Source: Caldivirga maquilingensis IC-167
GTDB taxonomy: Archaea; Thermoproteota; Thermoprotei; Thermoproteales; Thermocladiaceae
Direction of reading: 5' to 3'
NCBI RefSeq assembly: GCF_000018305.1
Contig: NC_009954.1
Span: 90,001 to 122,000 of the forward strand
DNA length: 32,000 nt
Part shown: one piece after another, positions 7,792 to 15,596 of the stretch
Numbering within the stretch: position 1 is the stretch's first letter
Layout: the number at the start of each line of letters is the position of its first letter
Notes under the pieces: generated by a model
Database searches by the model: none
Told to the model about the DNA's origin: nothing
What the model saw: the letters and a program-made list of their open reading frames with translations, nothing else
Translations under genes and position numbers: made by a program

Positions 7792-9759
7792 ATGCCTAAG
7801 AGGGTGATTTTTCATGAACTAAAGACCCCTGAGGAGGCTTTAGCAGTAATAAGTGGATTCATTAAGAGGAGTGAAGTGGAGTACGTTAATTTAGAGGACT
7901 CATACATGAGAGTTTTAGCGGAGGATGTTTACGCTAAGGTTGATGTACCACCATTCGATAGAGCCACCATGGATGGGTACGCCCTTAGGGCTGAGGACAC
8001 TTTTGGCGCTGATGAACTACACCCTGTTAAGCTCAGGTTAAGTAACTTAAGTATTAATGCAGGTGACTCCAATTTACCATTAGTTGAGAAGGGGAGTGCA
8101 GTGGAGATTGCGACAGGTGCTCCATTACCCCCAGGGTCTAATGCAGTGGTGCCTGTCGAGTACACTAAGGTTGATGATGGAACATTAACAATCTATAGGT
8201 CAGTAACACCTATGGATAACGTAATGTCAGCCGGCTCAGACATAATGATGGGGGAGTTGATTCTTAGAAGATGCACATTAATTAAGGAGAGGGAGGTTGG
8301 TGTATTGGCTGCAGTGGGCATTGATAAGGTGCCTGTATTTAAAAGGCCTAGGGTTGCCATAATATCAAGCGGAAATGAACTGGTTAAGCCAGGTTCACTC
8401 TTAAGCATGGGTAAGATATATGATATAAACACTTACACTATTGCCCACGGCGTCAGGGAGGCTGGGGGTGAACCATTGTTAATGGGTATTGTTAAGGATG
8501 ATGAAGCAGAGATGGAGGGGATTATTAGGGATGCCTTAAGCAAGGCTGACCTAGTCCTACTCTCAGGGGGTACGTCAGCTGGTGCATTAGATATAAGCTA
8601 CAGGGTACTTGATAGAATTGGTCCACCTGGTGTAATTGTTCACGGCCTTAATGTTAAGCCGGGGAAGCCAACCGTTGTCGCCGTTAGTAAGGAGGGCAAA
8701 CTTGTAGTTGGCCTACCTGGTTACCCAAGTAGCGCATTAATGATATTCAATATAATTGTTAAACCAATCCTAGCTAAGATGCAGTGCCTAAGCCTAACCC
8801 AGCCGGTCATTAGGGCTCAAATGGCTATTAGGGTTGAGGGGGCGAGGGGAAGGAGGGGCCTTAACCCAGTTAGCCTAGTTGAGACTGAGAGTGGTGTTAA
8901 GGCATACCCTCTACCAGCTGAGTCAGGTGCAATAACAACCTTAGCCTACGCTGAGGGTTACATTGAGATTCCTGAAAATAGGGAATTCCTGGAGGAGGGG
9001 GAGTGGGTTAACGTTAGGTTGTTTACCCATCAGTATAAGCCAGCTAACTTATACATAATGGGTAGTCACGACGTGGCCTTAGACTCATCATTAATACCAT
9101 TACTACCTGATTGGATTACAGCTAAGGTCATTAACATAGGTTCCCTTGAGGGGCTTAAGGCAGCCATTAGAGGGGAGGCTGATGTAGCTGGTATTCACTT
9201 AATAGATGAGGAGACAGGTGAATATAATGAACCATTCGTTAGGAAGTATGGTGAGGGAAAGGTAAGGCTAGTGGCAGGTTACATGAGGGAACAAGGCATA
9301 ATACTACCTAAGGGTAATCCAAGAGGAATCAGTAGCTTCGAGGATTTAATTAGGCTTAAACTTAGGATTGTGAACAGAAATAAGGGTGCTGGAACAAGAT
9401 TCCTATTCGATAAGTTGCTTAAGGAGTATGCGTTGAGAAATGGGGTGAGCTTCGAGGAGTTAGCTAAATCAATACCAGGCTACTACCATGAGGCAAGAAC
9501 ACATACAGCCGTAGCCGCCGCTATTGCTCAAGGCAGAGCTGAGGCTGGGGTAGGTATTAGGGCAGCTGCTGAAATGTATGGTCTAGACTTCATACCACTG
9601 GCTTGGGAGAGATACGACTTCGCAGTACCTTTAAGTAAGTTAAGTAAAGATAGTGTAAGGGTATTCATAAGTGTACTTAAGGATGAGGAGTTTAAGAGGA
9701 GATTAAGCTCAATACCGGGTTACAAGACACTAAGTAACACCGGTGAATTCATAATTTAA
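7792..9759 (+). CDS. moeA: Molybdopterin molybdenumtransferase MoeA fused to a C-terminal periplasmic-binding-protein-like (PBP/ModA-like) domain
   Basis: MoeA N-terminal pattern FDRATMDGYALRAEDT. MoCF domain: VAIISSGNELV...LLSGGTSAG. C-terminal ~230 aa: LYIMGSHDVALD...VAGIHL...VNRNKGAGTR...GVGI. The track starts at TTG 7780, but ATG 7792 lies 26 nt downstream of the TATA box atttataaag (7761-7770). Confidence 0.85.
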   Translation: MPKRVIFHELKTPEEALAVISGFIKRSEVEYVNLEDSYMRVLAEDVYAKVDVPPFDRATMDGYALRAEDTFGADELHPVKLRLSNLSINAGDSNLPLVEKGSAVEIATGAPLPPGSNAVVPVEYTKVDDGTLTIYRSVTPMDNVMSAGSDIMMGELILRRCTLIKEREVGVLAAVGIDKVPVFKRPRVAIISSGNELVKPGSLLSMGKIYDINTYTIAHGVREAGGEPLLMGIVKDDEAEMEGIIRDALSKADLVLLSGGTSAGALDISYRVLDRIGPPGVIVHGLNVKPGKPTVVAVSKEGKLVVGLPGYPSSALMIFNIIVKPILAKMQCLSLTQPVIRAQMAIRVEGARGRRGLNPVSLVETESGVKAYPLPAESGAITTLAYAEGYIEIPENREFLEEGEWVNVRLFTHQYKPANLYIMGSHDVALDSSLIPLLPDWITAKVINIGSLEGLKAAIRGEADVAGIHLIDEETGEYNEPFVRKYGEGKVRLVAGYMREQGIILPKGNPRGISSFEDLIRLKLRIVNRNKGAGTRFLFDKLLKEYALRNGVSFEELAKSIPGYYHEARTHTAVAAAIAQGRAEAGVGIRAAAEMYGLDFIPLAWERYDFAVPLSKLSKDSVRVFISVLKDEEFKRRLSSIPGYKTLSNTGEFII

Positions 9760-9769
9760 CCATAGATTA

Positions 9770-11539
9770 CTACTCAGTGAAAGGTCTCTTACCGTTTTCA
9801 CTCTCCAGTAACTTAACTTGATGAACAATATGCTCCCTACCCCTTAAGTACGAGAACACCGCCGCCGCAAACGCCATTACAGCGGCTATGTGGTAGGCGT
9901 ACTCGAAACCCATAGCCATAGCTGGGGCTATGGCGCTTGGGAAGAATGATGGGTGAGTCACAGCGGCGTAAATGCTACTAGGTAATTGAATACCAGCTTC
10001 ACTAAGCATGACTTTTATTGGGTCATAACCCATGAATGCTGCGAATAAGGCATAGGCTGGGGGTATTCTTGATAATGCCGCTACGTCGCTTTGAGGAACA
10101 CCAGCGTTAATTAACGCCTTACTTAGTGATAATGATAATGATGCCGCTGATCCAGCTAATATGAGTGTTAGGAATACTGCGAAACTCATTAATAACCCTA
10201 TGTTCTGCATGCTTGCCCTTAACCCAGATGCCGCTGACCTATCCTCCTGGGGTACTGAACTCATTATTGAGACTAAGTTAGGGGACTGGAATAAGCCTGA
10301 ACCAGCACCCATTAGGAGTAAGTCGGCTGCGAATAGAGTGTAATTAAAGTTCATTGAAAGCGTAGTCAGCAGCTCGAAGCTAATCCCCAGTAGTATTGCA
10401 CCGATTGTTGAAACAACCCTGGCTCCAAACCTATTAATTAATCTACCACCCAATGGGGCAAATATGGCATTAGCCACACTACTCGGTATTAGGTATATGC
10501 CAGCCAATAGTGGCGTTTCAGAGTAAGGTACTCCATGCATTGGGAGGTATATTGCCTGCAGTAGTAGTGATAAAACGAATACGTTTGCACCTTGAGCTAG
10601 GAACAGGAATAATGCACTTAATACACCGAACGTGAATGGCCTTATCTTAAATAAGTTAATCCTAAGTATAGGCTCCTTAATCCTCATTTCAATCGGTATC
10701 AGTAAAGCCAGGAGCAGTAATCCACCACCTATTAGTCCCCATACGGTTGGATTCCCCCAACTCATTGATGAGTTCCCCGAAGGCAGCATACCGAATGTTA
10801 TGCCTAGAAGGAGAAGGACAAGTGATGCAGCAAGCATTGATGCACCTATGTAATCAACCTTAACCTTCTTAATGCCTAACGGTAACTTATATACCGTTAA
10901 GTAAGCCCATATGGTACTGATTATGCCTATTGGCGTATTAATTAGGAAAACCAGCCTCCAGTTAATTACAGCTAATACACCGCCTATAACTAGGCCTATT
11001 ATGCTACCTGCACTGAAGGCTATGCTGACAATACCCATAGCGACACCCCTCCTGTGGGGTGGGTAGACGTCGGTTATTATTGCGGCACTATTCGTAAACA
11101 TCATGGATCCACCTAAGCCTTGAATAAACCTGTAAGCAATCATCTGTAATGCTGCCACTAATCCATATCCTGGCACTAAGCCTAGTAGCGTTGAGAGTAT
11201 TGTGAATACTGCATCACCTATCGTGAACATTCTACCCCTACCATACATGTCGGATAACCTACCCACTATTGGTACAGCCACAGCAACCATTAATGGGTAT
11301 GAGAACATTAACCAAAGCATTGATGTAAAGCCAAGTGGTGACATTGGATCAACACCAATACCCCTTAATACATCAGGTAACGCTATTATTATTGCTGACA
11401 TAGTCATTGAAGCCATTAATGATCCCAGGAATGAGTTAACCAGGATTGCCCTCCTCCTCTCCTCACTAATTAGCTCCGATGGCTCATTAGACATATAATT
11501 ACCGCTTAACACCCTATCGCTTAAAAACCCTTCCCTCAA
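9770..11539 (-). CDS. MFS transporter, DHA2 (EmrB/QacA-like, 14-TMS) type
   Basis: 589 aa with ~14 hydrophobic helices. The MFS loop motif is GRLSDMYGRGRM, and motif C-like is GLGGSMMF. The track start at 11539 is TTG; an ATG at 11494 (MSNEPSELI...) is an equally plausible start. Confidence 0.8.
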   Translation of the reverse strand: MREGFLSDRVLSGNYMSNEPSELISEERRRAILVNSFLGSLMASMTMSAIIIALPDVLRGIGVDPMSPLGFTSMLWLMFSYPLMVAVAVPIVGRLSDMYGRGRMFTIGDAVFTILSTLLGLVPGYGLVAALQMIAYRFIQGLGGSMMFTNSAAIITDVYPPHRRGVAMGIVSIAFSAGSIIGLVIGGVLAVINWRLVFLINTPIGIISTIWAYLTVYKLPLGIKKVKVDYIGASMLAASLVLLLLGITFGMLPSGNSSMSWGNPTVWGLIGGGLLLLALLIPIEMRIKEPILRINLFKIRPFTFGVLSALFLFLAQGANVFVLSLLLQAIYLPMHGVPYSETPLLAGIYLIPSSVANAIFAPLGGRLINRFGARVVSTIGAILLGISFELLTTLSMNFNYTLFAADLLLMGAGSGLFQSPNLVSIMSSVPQEDRSAASGLRASMQNIGLLMSFAVFLTLILAGSAASLSLSLSKALINAGVPQSDVAALSRIPPAYALFAAFMGYDPIKVMLSEAGIQLPSSIYAAVTHPSFFPSAIAPAMAMGFEYAYHIAAVMAFAAAVFSYLRGREHIVHQVKLLESENGKRPFTE

Positions 11540-11561
11540 TCTAATAATGCCCTATATAGGG

Positions 11562-12728
11562 TTAAACATAGTTGAGAAGCGGAATGTGAATGGGTATTGG
11601 TAGTAACGTAGTCAATGGTTTAAGCCTCTTAGCTACGTAACCCATTGGTCCACCTAAGATTAACCTAACCCCATCCCTTTCACTTAATTCAATGTAATTC
11701 CCACTCCCCTCACTTGAAGTAACCTCCACTGAACCACCCCTTACGAATACCGTGGCCTTATCAAGCTCATTGTTGAATCTAAGCCCTAGGGTAACTTCAT
11801 AATCCTTTAATCCACGTTCCTGAGCCCTACTACTTAACAATGGTTCGAAACTCTTGAGTAATGCATAAACATTATTTATTCTAAATACCCCTTCAGGAAG
11901 GGTTACATAGTATGAGGTTACTTTAAGTAATTCCCCAAGTCTAGCCTCATCATATGCATTAACGTGAACCACAGCCTCATTAACTGATGCAGCCTTCATG
12001 AACCCACTCACCAACTCCGCCTCACGATTACTTAAGGAAGCCACCTCAACTATATTGGGCCTACTTAAGACTCCCCTTGCCGCACCACTTCCCTGGCTAA
12101 TTACATAACCATCATCACTAACCCAAATCCTCAATGGTGGTTCACCTAATGATGCTGGATCCAGGCTTTCATAACTCTTATAGCATTCCCACCTTCTCTC
12201 AACCCTTATTGGTATTGATTCATAGTGTCTTCTCATTAATGGAACCGCATCATCCCACTTAACTTCACTAACTTCAATGGGCTTAATTCCTGACTTGGAT
12301 ACTGAACGTGAAGTAATGTATAATGCCTGCTTTTGACCAGCAACCTCCCACCCGAAGGCACCGTACCTTTGCCTATCACCCCAAAGCACTGATAATGGTA
12401 TTCCCTCCTTCTTCATTACATTAATTACATGATTAAGTAAAGCAGACATATAACCCTTCCCCCTCTCCTCGGGTAATGTGGCAACACCCCCAATGCCACC
12501 CATTATGATACTGACACCGAAGCTAATGGCCTTCATTTTAAATAAACCAATGTGGGAAACCAATTTACCGTTATCCTCAATAACATAGAATGATGATAAA
12601 TCCCTACACGCATCACTATAAATATAAGGGTAATGCCTAGGGAAGAAACCACTTGGGAAACCGTAACTCCTTTCAAGTAGTCTCATGAATTCATCCCACT
12701 CCTCCTCCTTAACATTCCTAATAATCAT
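11562..12728 (-). CDS. GNAT acetyltransferase with a C-terminal SCP2-like extension (Eis/COG4552-like)
   Basis: 388 aa. Acetyl-CoA motif A: GIGGVATLPEERGKGYMSALL. The ~388-aa length with two extra domains after the GNAT core is typical of Eis-type enzymes. It has its own TATA box in the 47-nt spacer upstream. Confidence 0.7.
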   Translation of the reverse strand: MIIRNVKEEEWDEFMRLLERSYGFPSGFFPRHYPYIYSDACRDLSSFYVIEDNGKLVSHIGLFKMKAISFGVSIIMGGIGGVATLPEERGKGYMSALLNHVINVMKKEGIPLSVLWGDRQRYGAFGWEVAGQKQALYITSRSVSKSGIKPIEVSEVKWDDAVPLMRRHYESIPIRVERRWECYKSYESLDPASLGEPPLRIWVSDDGYVISQGSGAARGVLSRPNIVEVASLSNREAELVSGFMKAASVNEAVVHVNAYDEARLGELLKVTSYYVTLPEGVFRINNVYALLKSFEPLLSSRAQERGLKDYEVTLGLRFNNELDKATVFVRGGSVEVTSSEGSGNYIELSERDGVRLILGGPMGYVAKRLKPLTTLLPIPIHIPLLNYV

Positions 12729-12775
12729 TAACCTACAGTAAGCGTACCCGCGGTTTTAAATTAATGCCACATTAC

Positions 12776-14464
12776 CTAATGACGATTACCTTCATCACTT
12801 AGGGTAAGCATAATCAATATCATAATCATTAATAATGATAATACAGGAAACACCAGGTACATTACCGTTAAGGTACCTATACTCACTTCATTACCCCACA
12901 GTACCTTAATTGTTAATGAACCATTAATTATCAATGTAGCTTCAGGATACTTAACTAGCGTACCATTGTTAAGTAAGTAGCCTCTAAACACCATTAAACC
13001 CAAGTACCTTGGTTCCTTAAGTTTAAGCACATACCCCTTAGGATACCAATACACTAACGGCGTCTCATTCCCGCTTAACCCAATTAACTTCACTTCAAAT
13101 AATTGATTATAAATTACCCTTACCTCAGTTGGCCCATTAACAATAATAGTTACGCTACTTGAATTAATAATACGCGTCTCATTAATCACGAATTCAATGC
13201 GTTTAATTACTGATGAATTACCGGTAATTAATCTACCTAGGGTTAGATTAAGCATGTATCCTTTAGGAACCATTATAAATTCCGATCCATTAATTAATGA
13301 TATGAAGACAGGCACATAGTAGTATAATGGTCCAGGGTATTCGTAGGCGCTGCCAGTAATCTGAACGTTAACACCATTACTCACTAGGGCTGATGCATTA
13401 GCTACAGCCTCACCTGTTAATGTACCAATACCCCACGTGTACGGTGCCGGGTAATATGATTCATTAACCCTATGAAGTAACGTGAAGGTTGCATTAACAC
13501 TTTTAACCACAGCCCATATTCCACACACTGGCCCAGTTAACACTAACTCAGTGTCAATAGGTATACCAAATTCAACGTAACTTGAACCATTAACGATGAT
13601 GCTTGGTTTACCTGCATTAATCAATGTAACGTTATCAAACCATATTAATGACCCTTGAACACCATAACCGAAGCTTAAGTGAGCTGAATTAACCCCACTA
13701 ACCATTATGGCTAACGTTAAGTTAAAGGGTGTTTTTAATTCACCTATAACCCTACTGTACGCGTAGTATTGTTGACCATTGAAGTCGCCTATGGATCCCA
13801 GACCCATTACATTACTTAAGGTGGCGTTGAGTGATGTTATGTTCCACACATTATCAACAATTGATGCTGCAGTTCCATTAAGTATAACAACATCTTGAAC
13901 TATATAGTATCCGTCACCGGCCTTTACTATTGAATTCAATTGAATATCAGCATAATCATCACCAGCCTTAACCCCGCAATCACCCCTAACATCAGTTACA
14001 TTAAGACTCCTAATGAAGGCTACACCCAATACTTCACTTGTTTCATAGGAGTAAGCCAATAATGGTTCACCATAATATAACGCCACACCGTAGTCAGCAA
14101 CCCCAATTGGGTTATAGGAGTAGAATGCTTCACTGGAACTATTATATTGAAACATGTAGAATAAGTAAACTGAGTAATTATTATGATTAATGAATAATAC
14201 ACGCGACTCACCCTGCTTAATGACTAGTGAAGCACTGCCATTAACCACATGAACCATGTTATGAATCATAACTACTAATGATGAATTAGCCACCATATAG
14301 AGCACCCCCGGTCCATTAAGGTAGATTACGTATGATGAATTAGGATTAATTAATAAACCGTACATGGGCATTCCTGAACCAATAGTCATATTAAAGGATA
14401 CTGGGGTCACGTTAACCAACTGAGGTTGCATTAATGCTGCAATAAATAGCGCCAGCATTATCAT
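12776..14464 (-). CDS. Thermopsin-family (peptidase A5) protein: secreted, heavily N-glycosylated, with a C-terminal membrane anchor
   Basis: 562 aa. Signal-like N-terminus MIMLALFIAALMQ. NPIGVADYG and YYIVQDVVILNGTAASIVDNVWNITSLNATLS align with what I recall of S. acidocaldarius thermopsin (PAGIASFG; YWLQDVGQF...FIDNVWNLTGSLSTLS). TELVLTGPVCG compares with AELVWGGGGNG. There are 25 N-x-S/T sequons. C-terminal TM helix: LTVMYLVFPVLSLLMIMILIML. Confidence 0.75.
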   Translation of the reverse strand: MIMLALFIAALMQPQLVNVTPVSFNMTIGSGMPMYGLLINPNSSYVIYLNGPGVLYMVANSSLVVMIHNMVHVVNGSASLVIKQGESRVLFINHNNYSVYLFYMFQYNSSSEAFYSYNPIGVADYGVALYYGEPLLAYSYETSEVLGVAFIRSLNVTDVRGDCGVKAGDDYADIQLNSIVKAGDGYYIVQDVVILNGTAASIVDNVWNITSLNATLSNVMGLGSIGDFNGQQYYAYSRVIGELKTPFNLTLAIMVSGVNSAHLSFGYGVQGSLIWFDNVTLINAGKPSIIVNGSSYVEFGIPIDTELVLTGPVCGIWAVVKSVNATFTLLHRVNESYYPAPYTWGIGTLTGEAVANASALVSNGVNVQITGSAYEYPGPLYYYVPVFISLINGSEFIMVPKGYMLNLTLGRLITGNSSVIKRIEFVINETRIINSSSVTIIVNGPTEVRVIYNQLFEVKLIGLSGNETPLVYWYPKGYVLKLKEPRYLGLMVFRGYLLNNGTLVKYPEATLIINGSLTIKVLWGNEVSIGTLTVMYLVFPVLSLLMIMILIMLTLSDEGNRH

Positions 14465-14496
14465 TACTAACCATGCTAGGTTGTGTTTAAATTACT

Positions 14497-15297
14497 TTAA
14501 TGCTTAGTGGTAAGCGGTAACACGACTTCATTAAAGTATTTAATAATATCCCTTAATGCCGGTGACTCACTTGGCGATAATTTAAGAACCTCAACCTCCA
14601 TTGCCTGCCTAGTAACGTAAAGTAATTTATCGTAGGCCACAGTGTATGGCTTAATCCCAGTAATCTCCTCAACCACTTTAACCCACTCCTTACCTGTTGT
14701 TGGATCCACAGGGTACTTGTAATCAAACATATTCAGTATTGGCGGTAGTATAGTTGCATTGCTCTTAATTCCCTTAATGAAGCCCACTATTGATGATAAG
14801 GACTCAATGGAACTATGGTCAACTGTGGTAACTGGTATTACGTACGTTGATTCACTTAATATAGGTTCCAGGAATTGCCTAGTGAAGCCCACTGAGGGTG
14901 TATCAATCACCATCATTATTGGCTTCAAGTACTCCATAATAACCCTTATTATGTACCTTAATTTAAATAATGGTAAACCCTCAACTATACTACCTGGCAC
15001 TGAGAAAACCAGTCTCATCTCCTCATTACCAATAACCCATGATTTAAGGTAAAGCGCGTAAAGCGGGTTATTTATCTTACCTGTTAAGTAATCTGAGAGG
15101 GTGTAATTAACCTTAGTTAATGAGCCTAGTAAAACCTTAGACGCCGAGCCATTATCAACACCTAGGTCAAGAAGCACAACCGGGTATGGTGATGAACCCC
15201 TAAGTCTATATGCCGCTAATGTAGCCGTATTAACGGCTATAGTAGTCTTACCAGTACCACCCTTAGAACCACTGACGACAGTTATAATAATCGTCAA
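14497..15297 (-). CDS. ParA/MinD-family P-loop ATPase
   Basis: 266 aa. Deviant Walker A: VVSGSKGGTGKTT. Walker B-like: MMVIDTP. TTG is the only possible start because the frame closes 2 codons upstream. It is preceded by GGUGAGGAG (Shine-Dalgarno) and overlaps the stop codon of the upstream small gene (TTGA). Confidence 0.8.
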   Translation of the reverse strand: MTIIITVVSGSKGGTGKTTIAVNTATLAAYRLRGSSPYPVVLLDLGVDNGSASKVLLGSLTKVNYTLSDYLTGKINNPLYALYLKSWVIGNEEMRLVFSVPGSIVEGLPLFKLRYIIRVIMEYLKPIMMVIDTPSVGFTRQFLEPILSESTYVIPVTTVDHSSIESLSSIVGFIKGIKSNATILPPILNMFDYKYPVDPTTGKEWVKVVEEITGIKPYTVAYDKLLYVTRQAMEVEVLKLSPSESPALRDIIKYFNEVVLPLTTKH

Positions 15298-15533
15298 TAC
15301 TCCTCACCCGGCTTCCTAATACCCCTATTCTTAATGTCATTCGGCCCAGGTTCACTTGGGGTCTTATTACTCTCATTACTCTTACCCTTAGGTGAAATGA
15401 AGGCGCTTAACACCAGTATTATTATACCTGCACCATAGACTATTGGGCCAATTATTGCGTAACCCAGCATTGATACTGCGTATCCAATTATATTAAGCAC
15501 TGCACCAATCATGAGCATTATCCTAGCATCCAT
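15294..15533 (-). CDS. 79-aa membrane protein (2 TM helices) with a basic, Pro/Lys-rich C-terminal tail; first gene of an operon with the ParA/MinD ATPase
   Basis: MDARIMLMIGAVLNIIGYAVSMLGYAIIGPIVYGAGIIILVLSAFI, followed by SPKGKSNESNKTPSEPGPNDIKNRGIRKPGEEY. TATA box (plus-strand 15555-15566) is 27 nt upstream of the ATG. The stop codon overlaps the ParA start. Confidence 0.55.
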   Translation of the reverse strand: MDARIMLMIGAVLNIIGYAVSMLGYAIIGPIVYGAGIIILVLSAFISPKGKSNESNKTPSEPGPNDIKNRGIRKPGEEY

Positions 15534-15596
15534 AATTAAACATAGGCATCTGGTATTAAAAAATTATCTTTAATAAATCTAGAAGCCGTATGCGTA

